From Candidatus Velthaea sp. (GTDB lineage: Bacteria; Vulcanimicrobiota; Vulcanimicrobiia; Vulcanimicrobiales; Vulcanimicrobiaceae): a stretch of 64,000 nt of DNA. This document shows, in pieces, positions 1 to 9,525 of this stretch. Numbering within the stretch: the first letter of the stretch is position 1; every line of letters begins with the position of its first letter. The position numbers and the translations under genes are program-made. The notes below the pieces were generated by a model that was not told where the DNA came from, made no database searches, and saw only the letters and a program-made list of their open reading frames with translations. The stretch spans positions 16,586 to 80,585 of the forward strand of contig JBEKHC010000007.1 in assembly GCA_050012475.1 (NCBI GenBank), in the 5' to 3' direction.

Positions 1-654
1 TGCAACGCGAGATGCCTGAGTTCACAGCCACGGGTTATCGTCGCGGTCGCAAGCTGGCAAGTACGGAAACGGGCCTGCCGATCGCGACCTTCCCGCAAAC
101 GCCGACGCCCGAGTTCGCCCGCGTGCTGGCAGCAGCGTTAGCCGGCGACGACTTCGCGCCTTAGTCGCCCTCGATTTCGGCCCACATCCGGCGCCAATCT
201 GCAAGCTGTATCTGATACGCGGAAATCGATTCGAGTACATCATGCTCGGCAATCAGCTGAGGTCTACGTTCAATGCCGAGAGCTTTGCGCAGAAATGGTA
301 GGCGCAATGAGCCCGCGGAGATGGCGAGTACACGAGCACTTCGACGCGTTCCCGACCATGGCGTTCGAGTAAATCGCAAAGACCGAATGGCGCTCGTAGC
401 GCGAGCGCGCCTCGTTCAGCCTGCAATCCCTGCGCAAATTCCCGACAAGCTGGGCCAGCAACTGCAACGTGGGCAACGATCGAGCGAACCCCCATAGTGC
501 GGCTCCGAATCTGCCACTAGGTCTAGCTTGTCGGCTAAACACCTTGCCGTCGGCGACAGCCGACCATGGAACCACCCGCGGATATTGAACGGCGCCGACG
601 TCGCTGGCACATGCGCAGGCAGCCTGGGGTCGAGCGCTCATCTGTCTTTGGCGG

Positions 655-1362
655 CTATTGACTCGCGCGCTCTTCGGCTGCGTGGAACAGGTGCAAACCG
701 ACGAGCCGAGCCAGTAGGGTCGCGGGAAACATTTGTCCGAGGACGCCTTCGAAGTTGGCGGCCGCGCGCGCCAGCGGATGCAGCGGCACAACATCGCCGA
801 ACGTAGTCGACGTCAGAGTCGATAAACTGAAATAGAGCAGCGTCCCGAACGGCGGACGCGGTGGGCCCGAGAGTGCCCCGGGAAAGAAGATTTCGAGTTC
901 CGAATAGACTTGCGCGAACACCAGCGCGATGTCCAGATATAAGACCACGGCGCCCTGGATACGATGGACCGTAACGCGGCCCGGACCGAAGACGGCGTTC
1001 AGGATCACCCACGCGATCGCGATGCCGAAGCAAAAGTTTATCACCGCGAGTAGCGGGAGCACCGCGCCTGATGCAGACAGTCGTAGCGCATTGGTAGCCG
1101 CCGCGAGCATTGCGACCGCGACGACCGTCGTTCGTGCCGCGCCGGCGTCCGCGACAAAGAACGCCGCGATCAGGCCCAGCGCGAGTTGAAAGATCTGCGC
1201 TACGCTCCCGGCGACGACGTGCATTTCGCTGAGCGGCCGCAACACAAACATCGCGAAGACCTGCATTATAAGCGTGACGGTTAGCGCACGATCGCGCCGC
1301 CGCTCCCGACGTGCGATATCGGCGTCGGTGGCTGGCGTGTTGCCGTTCGGCCCGGCACTCAT
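655..1362 (-). CDS. Membrane protein with Ion_trans_2 (potassium channel-like) pore domain
   Basis: Several hydrophobic helices followed by YFSLSTLTSTTFGDVVP..ARAAANFEGVLGQMFPATLLARLVG, the typical pore-helix/filter/inner-helix layout. Confidence 0.8.
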   Translation of the reverse strand: MSAGPNGNTPATDADIARRERRRDRALTVTLIMQVFAMFVLRPLSEMHVVAGSVAQIFQLALGLIAAFFVADAGAARTTVVAVAMLAAATNALRLSASGAVLPLLAVINFCFGIAIAWVILNAVFGPGRVTVHRIQGAVVLYLDIALVFAQVYSELEIFFPGALSGPPRPPFGTLLYFSLSTLTSTTFGDVVPLHPLARAAANFEGVLGQMFPATLLARLVGLHLFHAAEERASQ

Positions 1363-1960
1363 TGGAACCTGAACATTGCTGTCATGTCGGGAACGATTGC
1401 GCTATGGTGCATAACGTCCACTTCGTGCCCAGAAGACCTGTGAAGATCGGTCGTCAGGCCCGCCAATTCTCACCACGGGCACGAATGCGCTTTCGAGCAC
1501 CTAGTGAGATTCTGGCTTGGCGCCTCGACGGGGGCTTGCCCGAATAAGTTAGGAGTGTTGCGCTTGCGCGGCTTGTAGCCGTAGGTCATCGGCTGATCCT
1601 TCGGCGGGTAGGCGTCGTCGACGCAGGTCGGCGGCCTAGTGGCGAGCGCGTTCTCGGCTTTATCGGAGGACGGGATCGAGCAGCGCGCGCCGTTTGTTCG
1701 ATTGACGACGCGGTGTGACGTCCTCACCAGCCGCGCCGTTGCGATATGAAGTTCGGCGATATGAAGCCAAGCGTCTCGCCCTCCAAGTTGCGGAACGCCG
1801 GTGCGTAGAAATCTTCTGGCACTCGAAGACGCGATCCACGCGTTCGAGTGCGAAGTGAATAAGGCGCAAGCGCGTCGCACTACACCGCCGGCGGCTCACG
1901 CGGATTCGCTGATCCCCGTTGATGGGGAGGAATCGGAAGCTTTCTGAGGGCCTTTTAATG

Positions 1961-1984
1961 AAAAAACCCTTACCGAATAAGGGT
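1961..1984 (-). terminator. Rho-independent terminator after the tRNA pair
   Basis: Minus strand ACCCTTA-TTCGG-TAAGGGT-TTTTT directly downstream of the tRNA-Glu CCA end. Confidence 0.8.
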
Positions 1985-1989
1985 CTTCT

Positions 1990-2065
1990 TGGTAGCCCCA
2001 ACGGGATTCGAACCCGTGTTACCGCCGTGAGAGGGCGGCGTCCTAGGCCTCTAGACGATAGGGCC
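1990..2065 (-). tRNA. tRNA-Glu (anticodon CTC), CCA encoded
   Basis: Reverse complement GGCCCTATCGTCTAGAGGCCTAGGACGCCGCCCTCTCACGGCGGTAACACGGGTTCGAATCCCGTTGGGGCTACCA folds as a cloverleaf with TTCGAAT T-loop. Confidence 0.97.
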
Positions 2066-2071
2066 GTAGTG

Positions 2072-2142
2072 CTCCCGGGCAGAGACTCGAACTCCGATAA
2101 ACGGCTTCAGAGGCCGCTGTCCTACCATTGGACGACCCGGGA
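2072..2142 (-). tRNA. tRNA-Gln (anticodon CTG), CCA not encoded
   Basis: Reverse complement TCCCGGGTCGTCCAATGGTAGGACAGCGGCCTCTGAAGCCGTTTATCGGAGTTCGAGTCTCTGCCCGGGAG; acceptor stem TCCCGGG/CCCGGGA, D stem GTCC/GGAC. Confidence 0.95.
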
Positions 2143-2718
2143 ACGCCTATGATTCTTGGCACCGAAAGTTTCGGTCTGGCTGTGACAGTTCGGACACAGC
2201 ATCCGAAGATTCTCAAGACGGTGATCGTCCCGGATGCCGTTGCGGTGATCGATTTGGATGGATAGCGGTTTACCCCTCCACTCCGTGAGGCCGCAGTCGT
2301 CGCATGCATTGATGAGTATACCAGCCTGGATCAAGCGACGCTTGATCGTCGTGCGCGACCGTGAGGTGGCAAGCACTTTGTTGATCGGCGTGAGGCGGCC
2401 GCGAGCCACCAATTCGCCGCGCTGAACGGCCTTCGTCCAGGAGGCGGGCGCAAATCGAAAGCGGTCCCGGCACTCCCGGTACGAGTGGCCCTCATCGTAG
2501 TAGCGCTGCACGTCGGCCCAGTCGTATCTGCGCCGGCGATCGGCAAAGGTTTCGCCGTCTCGCGGCACACGGAGCTCACCGCGGTTCAAGGCCTTGATCC
2601 AAGCGGTGTGCGAAAACCCAAAAGCCTTGCAACAGGCGACGAACCGATGGCCCTCGTCGACGAACCGTTGGACAGCGGCCCAATCGTAGCGGCCACGTCG
2701 CTTGCACTGCTCTTCCAT
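2122..2718 (-). CDS. HNH endonuclease with two N-terminal repeats
   Basis: C-terminal CDDCG..WRGKPLSIQIDHRNG..DHRLENLRMLCPNCHSQT HNH/Zn signature; repeats RYDWAAVQRFVDEGH and RYDWADVQRYYDEGH; start placed at the ATG 7 nt after TATGCT. Confidence 0.9.
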   Translation of the reverse strand: MEEQCKRRGRYDWAAVQRFVDEGHRFVACCKAFGFSHTAWIKALNRGELRVPRDGETFADRRRRYDWADVQRYYDEGHSYRECRDRFRFAPASWTKAVQRGELVARGRLTPINKVLATSRSRTTIKRRLIQAGILINACDDCGLTEWRGKPLSIQIDHRNGIRDDHRLENLRMLCPNCHSQTETFGAKNHRRSRVVQW

Positions 2719-2860
2719 CCGACCAAGCATAGCCAACCCCTATGCCAGCCCCCTGGCACTCTGCCCAGAATACGAGCGAGGCGCCGGGGGAATAGGGTAT
2801 CCCCAACCCGGTGGCCTACTAAGAAACCGCAGGATTCTTCTTTTTTCGAAGGAGTTGCGT

Positions 2861-3925
2861 TTGCAGGCAGTGGTCCTAGTCGGTGGCGAGGGGACGCGAC
2901 TGCGTCCATTGACCCTCGAGACACCCAAACCGATGGTTCCGATCATGAACGTGCCGTTTCTAGAGCGGACCATGGAGCGGCTCAAGGAAGCAGGGATCGA
3001 CGAGGTCGTGCTCCCGGCGGGATACCTGCCGGCAGCAATCAGCGATCACTTCGGCGATGGGTCCCGTTTCGGCATGACGATCGACTACGTCATCGAGGAC
3101 ACGCCGCTCGGAACCGCCGGCGCGGTCAAAAACGTGGCTCAATACATCAAGGGTCCGTTCTTCGTGCTCAACGGCGACGTGCTCACCAGCCTCGATCTGC
3201 GCAAGATGATCGAGCTGCACGAGCGTAAGCGCGGCATGGGCGTTCTTCATTTGATTCGGGTCGACGATCCGTCGGCGTTCGGCTGCGTCGTGCACGACGA
3301 GTCGGGCAAAGTCAGCGCGTTCGTCGAGAAGCCCAAACGGGAAGAAGCTCCAACAAACGAGGTCAACGCCGGAACATATTTGCTCGATCCGGCGGTTCTC
3401 GATCTCATCCCCGACGGACGGATGGTCTCGATCGAGCGCGAAACGTTTCCGCTCGTCGTGGCCGGTTCACGTCCGCTGTATGCATATACGACGAGCGACT
3501 ATTGGATCGATCTGGGAAACCCCAAGGCCTATCTCAGCGCCCACCACAACGTGTTCGACGGCGCGATGCCGCTGGGGATCGGGCAAGGGATCGAGGGGCC
3601 CGGGGCGAAGGATGTTCCTGCTGGTTCGTGCATTACGCCGGTCTATATCGGCGACGGCGTGCGAATCGCATCCGGCGCCAGTGTCGGGCCGTACGCCGTA
3701 CTCGGAGCGGGGTGCTCGATCGGCGCGGGCGCGATCGTCCGCAACTCGGTTCTCTGGGATGCCGTCACGGTAGAAGAAGGCGCGTCGATCGACGGCGCGA
3801 TCGTGGCCAGCCGCGCGCTCATTGGCGCGGGTTCGACCGTCAGGCCGGGATCGGTCATCGGTCACGGTGTCATCGTCAGTTCCGGATCGGAGTTGGGAGA
3901 GAACGCGCGCGTCTCAGCAGGCTGA
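2861..3925 (+). CDS. NDP-sugar pyrophosphorylase (mannose-1-phosphate guanylyltransferase-like)
   Basis: LVGGEGTRLRPLT..PKPMVP motif and C-terminal hexapeptide repeats; TTG start after GAAGGAG. Confidence 0.9.
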   Translation: MQAVVLVGGEGTRLRPLTLETPKPMVPIMNVPFLERTMERLKEAGIDEVVLPAGYLPAAISDHFGDGSRFGMTIDYVIEDTPLGTAGAVKNVAQYIKGPFFVLNGDVLTSLDLRKMIELHERKRGMGVLHLIRVDDPSAFGCVVHDESGKVSAFVEKPKREEAPTNEVNAGTYLLDPAVLDLIPDGRMVSIERETFPLVVAGSRPLYAYTTSDYWIDLGNPKAYLSAHHNVFDGAMPLGIGQGIEGPGAKDVPAGSCITPVYIGDGVRIASGASVGPYAVLGAGCSIGAGAIVRNSVLWDAVTVEEGASIDGAIVASRALIGAGSTVRPGSVIGHGVIVSSGSELGENARVSAG

Positions 3926-4052
3926 TGCCTCGTTTGTGAAACTATCTCTTCGGGTATTACCTTAGTAGAAGATAAGCAGATTGGCCTCAGCGAGTTTGAG
4001 GGCGGCCTCTGGTCGTCTTTGGTTCGTCGGCCATTGCAGAGGTAAAATTTTT

Positions 4053-5249
4053 TTGAACACGTCGCATCGCACGCTTTTTTTAGGATCGTTTCCTCCGCGC
4101 GAATGCGGAATTGCTACTTTCATGAAGGACGTCGTCGATAGTCACGATACGTTCTTCCGAACCAAGAGCAGAATTGTTGCGGTTGACGAGCTGGGCGGCG
4201 AAAGCCGTGTTTATCCCCCGCAAGTGATGGCCCGCTTTGGCCAGAACGATCGTGAAGCATACACCTCGATCGCGCGTTTGATAAATGCCGACTCGTGTGA
4301 CGTACTTAACATTCAACATGAATACGGCCTATTCGGCGGCGAAGACGGCGAGTGGATCGTCGACCTCATCGTAGCCGTCAACAAGCCGGTCATCGTCTCG
4401 CTGCATACCGTGCTGCCCGTGCCGTCCCCCAACCATTTGCGCGTCGCACGGCGGATTTGTGCGGCGGCCAGCGCGATCGTGGTCCTCTCACAGACCGGTC
4501 GCGATATTTTAGTTCAGCGCTACGGCATCGATGAGTCGAAGGTCCGCGTCATCCATCATGGCGTGCCCGATGTTCCCTTCCGCGCCAGCGATGTTCCCAA
4601 AGAATCGTTCGGATTCGGCCAGCGCATGGTTATCTCGACCTTCGGTTTGATCAACCGCGGTAAGGGACTCGAGTATGCCATTGATGCTATGCGCGAAATC
4701 GTCAAACGCCATCCCGAAGCCCTGTATCTCATCTTAGGGGAGACGCACCCGGTCATTCGCCGTAACGAAGGCGAGACGTATCGGGAGTCGTTGCAAGCAT
4801 CGATAACTGAGCACGGTTTACAAGATAACGTCAAACTGGTCGATCACTATCTGGAATTCAACGAGTTAATCAATTATCTGCAAGCAACGGACGTTTATCT
4901 TACGCCCTATCTGAACCCGGTTCAGATCGTGAGCGGCACCTTGGCGTACGCCGTCGGCTGCGGCAAGGCGGTCGTCTCGACGCCCTACCTGTACGCTGAG
5001 GAACTGTTGGCGCACGGCCGCGGCTTCCTGGTCGATTTCCGCGACGCCGCGTCGATCGCCGAAACGATCACGTCGCTGCTCGACGATCCTGAGCTGCGGC
5101 ATGCGACCGAACGGCGCGCTTATCGCTTCGGGCGGCAGATGACCTGGCCCCATGTCGCCGATGCCTACGGCCGGCTGTTCGTAGAACTCACCCCGCGGCA
5201 CCAGCGGACGCTGCGCGTGCAGCCCGCGCCCGTCGCGTTGCCTGCGTAA
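4053..5249 (+). CDS. Glycosyltransferase family 4
   Basis: PPRECGIATF, NIQHEYGLFGG, FGLINRGKGLE and SGTLAYAVGCGKAVVSTPY motifs. Confidence 0.9.
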   Translation: MNTSHRTLFLGSFPPRECGIATFMKDVVDSHDTFFRTKSRIVAVDELGGESRVYPPQVMARFGQNDREAYTSIARLINADSCDVLNIQHEYGLFGGEDGEWIVDLIVAVNKPVIVSLHTVLPVPSPNHLRVARRICAAASAIVVLSQTGRDILVQRYGIDESKVRVIHHGVPDVPFRASDVPKESFGFGQRMVISTFGLINRGKGLEYAIDAMREIVKRHPEALYLILGETHPVIRRNEGETYRESLQASITEHGLQDNVKLVDHYLEFNELINYLQATDVYLTPYLNPVQIVSGTLAYAVGCGKAVVSTPYLYAEELLAHGRGFLVDFRDAASIAETITSLLDDPELRHATERRAYRFGRQMTWPHVADAYGRLFVELTPRHQRTLRVQPAPVALPA

Positions 5250-5255
5250 AGCGGC

Positions 5256-6311
5256 ATGATCGCAAAGTCGTACCCCATGCTTGATCATCTCGTGGCGATG
5301 ACCGACGACACCGGGATGATCCAGCATGCAACGCACGACATCCCCAATCGCGCGACGGGCTATTGCACCGACGACATTGCGCGCGCGCTGATCGTCGCGG
5401 TCAACGCCAGCCGCCGGGGCGCAACCGAAGCGACCGGCAAACGGCTGGTGACCACGTACCTCGCGTATCTGCACGATTCGCAGACGCCCGACGGCTGGTT
5501 CCACAACTTCATGGGTTACGACCGCAGCTGGCAGGACCATCGCGGCACCGCCGACTCGTTCGGCCGGGCGCTCTGGGGTCTGGGCCATTGCATGCGTTTT
5601 GCCCCGCGTGACTCGTGGCGGCGCATCGCCGCCCGCCTTTTTGTTGCGGCGCTGCCGCACGTCGACGATCTCGAACACCTTCGCTCGCGCGCCTACGCTG
5701 CGCTGGGCATCGTTCATGCGCTCGAAGCGCCGGACACCGATCGATTGGTCCTCCGCGCGGCGCTAGTCGCAGCAGTCCGGCCGATCGCCGACGCGTTCGC
5801 CCGTGAAGCAAGCACCGATTGGCGCTGGTGCGAACCAGTCATGACCTACGACAACGCCCGCCTGCCCGAGGCCTTGATCCGAGCCGGTCAGGCACTCGAT
5901 GACGTGCGTTTGACCAACGCCGGCCTGCAGATGCTCGCATTTTATGCTTCGGTCGTGATCGAAGGCGAGACGTTCGTCCCAGTGGGCAACGACGGCTGGT
6001 TCCCGCGCGGGGGCACCAAAGCGCGTTACGGACAGCAACCGATTGAAGCTGCGGGGATGATCGATGCCTCCCTTGCCGCCTACGCGGCCAGCGGTGACCC
6101 GGCCAATCTCCGCCACGCCGAGATTGCGCTCGACTGGTTCTTCGGCGGGAACACCGCCGGTGCGCTGCTGGTGTCCAACGGCGGCTGCTGCGACGGGATC
6201 GACCCGCAAGGCGCGAGCTGCAACATGGGCGCCGAGTCCACCTTGGCCTATCTCCACAGTGCGATGGCGCTGGTCCGGCCCTCGGTGGCTCGGCTGCAGA
6301 TCGTCCGCTAA
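5256..6311 (+). CDS. GT4-associated alpha-helical protein (often fused to GT4 in other bacteria)
   Basis: TDDTGMIQHA, GYCTDDIARAL, TYDNARLPEAL, QQPIE and NMGAESTLA motifs; lies 6 nt after the GT4 gene. Confidence 0.75.
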   Translation: MIAKSYPMLDHLVAMTDDTGMIQHATHDIPNRATGYCTDDIARALIVAVNASRRGATEATGKRLVTTYLAYLHDSQTPDGWFHNFMGYDRSWQDHRGTADSFGRALWGLGHCMRFAPRDSWRRIAARLFVAALPHVDDLEHLRSRAYAALGIVHALEAPDTDRLVLRAALVAAVRPIADAFAREASTDWRWCEPVMTYDNARLPEALIRAGQALDDVRLTNAGLQMLAFYASVVIEGETFVPVGNDGWFPRGGTKARYGQQPIEAAGMIDASLAAYAASGDPANLRHAEIALDWFFGGNTAGALLVSNGGCCDGIDPQGASCNMGAESTLAYLHSAMALVRPSVARLQIVR

Positions 6312-6457
6312 ATTCCTCGGTCCTCACACCGGGGATAGCTCGGCGGATTTTCTCCAGGTCGTTCAAAGACCGACTGGGAAGAGCGCAAGTCGGGCCTTTC
6401 GCGCAATGGCCCGCGACGCTATAGGCGAAATTCGCCTGTTTGGCGAAGATACACGCG

Positions 6458-8620
6458 ATGATTGTCGAGAGCGAACTTCTTAACGACGTTCAGCGGGCTG
6501 CTGTCGAACGAACGGATGGCCCGGTCCTGATCTTCGCCGGAGCGGGTTCCGGAAAAACCCGAGTCCTCACCCACCGCATCGCGTACCTGCTCAATACCAA
6601 GAACGTTTTCCCGGACCGCATCCTCGCGGTGACGTTCACCAATAAGGCCGCCGGCGAAATGAAAGCCCGGCTCGAGCGGATGGTGGGCGAATCGGCCCGC
6701 GACCTTTGGGTCGGCACGTTTCATTCCATGTGCGTGCGCATCTTGCGCCGCGACGGCCGCAAGATCGGCATCGCGTCGAACTTTGCGATCATGGACGACA
6801 CGGATCAGCGCGCGATCGTGCGCGACATCCTGCACGATTTGGATTACGACGAACGGCAGATCGCGCCCGGCGCGGCGCTGGCCGAGATCTCGAAGGCCAA
6901 AAACAACTTGTGGTCGCCCGACGTGTACGAGTCGAAAAACTCGTCGTTCATCGGTGAGCGCTACGCGACGGTCTATCGCGAATACGAACGCCGCCTCAAA
7001 GAATCCAACGGGCTGGATTTCGACGATCTCATCGGCCGCACGATCGAGCTGCTCGAAAACGACGCCGATACGCGCGTGCGCTACCAGTCGAAGTTTCGCT
7101 ATGTGCTCGTCGACGAATACCAAGACGTCAACTACGCGCAGTACAAGCTCGTTTCGATTCTGGCCGGCGAGCACAAGAATCTGACCGTCGTCGGCGACGA
7201 CGATCAATCGATCTATTCGTGGCGCGGCTCCGACTACAAGATGATCCTGCGCTTCGAGGAAGACTTCCCGGGCGCGACGGTCTTCAACCTCGAGGAAAAC
7301 TACCGCTCGACACAATCGATTCTCGAAGCCGCCAACGAACTCGTCGGCAACAACGCTTCGCGGCATCCCAAGAAGCTGTTCACCAGCCGTGCCGCCGGCG
7401 AGCCGATCACCGCGTATCAAGCGGAATCCGAGCGCGCCGAAGTGCGCTACGTGCTCGAGAAAGTCAAAGAACTCGTGCGCGAAGGCGCGGCCTACCGCGA
7501 CTTCATCGTCCTCTACCGCACCAACGCGCAGTCGCGCGTATTCGAAGAAGGCTTCCTCGCCGAAGGCATTCCCTATCGCGTCGTCGGCGGCGTCGGCTTC
7601 TACGCGCGCACCGAGATCAAAGACATGCTCTCGTACCTGCGCTACATCACCAATCCGTCCGACGCCGTCGCGTTCCGGCGGATCGTCAACGTACCGCGCC
7701 GGTCGATCGGACAGCAGACGCTGGCGTCGCTGCTCGAAGCGGCAAACGCGGCGAATATGTCGGTCGGCCAAGCCGTGTTCGACAGCAATCTGCTCAAGCG
7801 CGCCGTGCCGAAGAAGCAGCGCGAACTCGAGCGTTTCGCCGAGCTCATCAACGATCTGCGCACCAAAGCCGAGTCGTTCTCGATCTCCGATCTGCTCGTC
7901 GCGGTGATGGAAGAGTCGGGCTACCTGCGCGAACTGCAAGCCGATGAATCCAACGACGGCAAGGCCCGCATCGAGAACCTGCAAGAACTCGTCGGCGTTG
8001 CGCGCGAGTTCGAAGCCAACCCCGAAAACGGCAGTTCGCTCGAAGACTTCCTGGCCAACATTGCGCTGGTCAGCGATCTCGACGCGCTCGATCCCGAAGC
8101 GTCGTTCGTCACGCTCATGACGATGCACGCCGCCAAAGGCCTCGAGTTCGCCAACGTGTTCTTGACCGGCCTCGAGGAAGGCGTCTTCCCGCACACGCGC
8201 GCGCTCACCGACATGACCGAACTCGAAGAAGAACGCCGGCTGGCCTACGTCGGGGTCACCCGGGCGATGGATCGCCTGTACTTGTCCTTCGCTGGCCGCC
8301 GCACGTTGTTCGGCAATACCTTCAGTCATCCCAAGTCGCGCTTCATCGACGAGATGCCGTCGGTCGAAGTCATCGGCGGGATCGGAATGGGTCAACGTCC
8401 CACCGGCGGCCGCTGGCGCGAAGTGGCGATCCACGAAAACGCCGGCGCGGGCATCGGGCTCGACTTGCAAGAGGGCGACAAAGTGCGGCATCCCAAGTGG
8501 GGTGAGGGCACTGTGGTCTCGGCGGCCGGTGCGGGCGGCGACGGCCTGCTCACGATCAACTTCCCCAACGTCGGGCAGAAGATGGTGATGCTCAAATACG
8601 CCCCGCTCGAACGCGTCTGA
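6458..8620 (+). CDS. pcrA: ATP-dependent DNA helicase PcrA/UvrD
   Basis: AGAGSGKT, VDEYQD, VGDDDQSIYSWRG, HAAKGLEF, EERRLAYVGVTRA and C-terminal VRHPKWGEG domain. Confidence 0.95.
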   Translation: MIVESELLNDVQRAAVERTDGPVLIFAGAGSGKTRVLTHRIAYLLNTKNVFPDRILAVTFTNKAAGEMKARLERMVGESARDLWVGTFHSMCVRILRRDGRKIGIASNFAIMDDTDQRAIVRDILHDLDYDERQIAPGAALAEISKAKNNLWSPDVYESKNSSFIGERYATVYREYERRLKESNGLDFDDLIGRTIELLENDADTRVRYQSKFRYVLVDEYQDVNYAQYKLVSILAGEHKNLTVVGDDDQSIYSWRGSDYKMILRFEEDFPGATVFNLEENYRSTQSILEAANELVGNNASRHPKKLFTSRAAGEPITAYQAESERAEVRYVLEKVKELVREGAAYRDFIVLYRTNAQSRVFEEGFLAEGIPYRVVGGVGFYARTEIKDMLSYLRYITNPSDAVAFRRIVNVPRRSIGQQTLASLLEAANAANMSVGQAVFDSNLLKRAVPKKQRELERFAELINDLRTKAESFSISDLLVAVMEESGYLRELQADESNDGKARIENLQELVGVAREFEANPENGSSLEDFLANIALVSDLDALDPEASFVTLMTMHAAKGLEFANVFLTGLEEGVFPHTRALTDMTELEEERRLAYVGVTRAMDRLYLSFAGRRTLFGNTFSHPKSRFIDEMPSVEVIGGIGMGQRPTGGRWREVAIHENAGAGIGLDLQEGDKVRHPKWGEGTVVSAAGAGGDGLLTINFPNVGQKMVMLKYAPLERV

Positions 8621-8787
8621 CATGGACGCTTTCCGAGCTAGGACAGGCGGCTTGGGCGAAGCCCAAACGCGATGGATTGCGCGCAGCGCAATCCTCTAAA
8701 CTCGCCGCTCTAAAACGATGATGAAGAAGCGAGCGCACGAGCCTCTCGCTTCGAGGGCGATGAGGCGAGGAACCGGGGTCACGGAAT

Positions 8788-9525
8788 TTGGCTGCTGAAA
8801 CGATTCGAGTCGGCGTGGCGGGGGCGCACGGCCGGCTCGGACGCATTGCTTGCGCGGCGGTCAGCACCGCGCCTGGCTTGACGTTGGCGGCGGGGTTTGT
8901 CCGCACGCTGCCGGCGGGCGTCGGCGACGGCGGCCCGGCGCTCTTCGACGACATCGGCGCGTTCTACGCCGCCGGGCTGGACGTGGTCGTCGACTGCACC
9001 GTGTATCCGGTGTCGCTCGACGTTGCGCGGCGGGCCGTCGCGGCCGGCGTCGCGCCGGTGATCGGCGCGACCGGTTGGACCGACGCCGACGTCACGGGTT
9101 TTGCCGAGCGCTGCGAGCAAGCCGGAATCGGCGCGCTGCTCGTGCCGAATTTCTCGATCGGCGCGGCCCTGATGATGCGCTTTGCGGTCGAAGCGGTGGC
9201 GTTCATGCCGCACGTCGAGATCATCGAACTCCACCACGACGGGAAGCGCGACAAGCCCAGCGGAACCGCGCGCTTGACGGCTCGCCGGATCGCGGAAGCC
9301 GGTGGCCCCGCAGCGGTCCCGATCCACAGCGTTCGGCTGCCGGGACTGGTCGCGCATCAAGAGACGATTTTCGGCGGGACGGGCGAAACGCTGACCATTC
9401 GGCACGACTCGAACGGACACACCGCCTACGCCGCCGGGATCGTCCTGGCGGTGCGCAACGTCCGAGCCCAGCGTGGTCTGGTCAAGGGGCTCGACGCCTT
9501 GCTTTTCGCGCAAAGGACAGCATGA
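8788..9525 (+). CDS. dapB: 4-hydroxy-tetrahydrodipicolinate reductase
   Basis: GAHGRLG Rossmann motif, GATGW, ELHHDGKRDKPSGTA. Confidence 0.95.
   Translation: MAAETIRVGVAGAHGRLGRIACAAVSTAPGLTLAAGFVRTLPAGVGDGGPALFDDIGAFYAAGLDVVVDCTVYPVSLDVARRAVAAGVAPVIGATGWTDADVTGFAERCEQAGIGALLVPNFSIGAALMMRFAVEAVAFMPHVEIIELHHDGKRDKPSGTARLTARRIAEAGGPAAVPIHSVRLPGLVAHQETIFGGTGETLTIRHDSNGHTAYAAGIVLAVRNVRAQRGLVKGLDALLFAQRTA

Noticed and set aside
1..640. Short ORFs at the left edge, including a possible gene tail ending at 164 (+)
   Set aside because: No recognisable motif; frames conflict and none can be supported
1363..1960. Possible integrative element downstream of the tRNA-Glu 3' end
   Set aside because: No integrase and no duplicated tRNA 3' end in the window; the ORFs there are unrecognisable
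6419..8623. Long antisense ORFs (also 21178-22758, 32292-34832, 55892-57580 and others)
   Set aside because: Typical high-GC shadow frames opposite well-supported genes
8621..8787. Lysine riboswitch upstream of dapB-asd-lysC-dapA
   Set aside because: Hairpins are present but I see no L-box consensus, and part of the segment matches a dispersed repeat at ~39305
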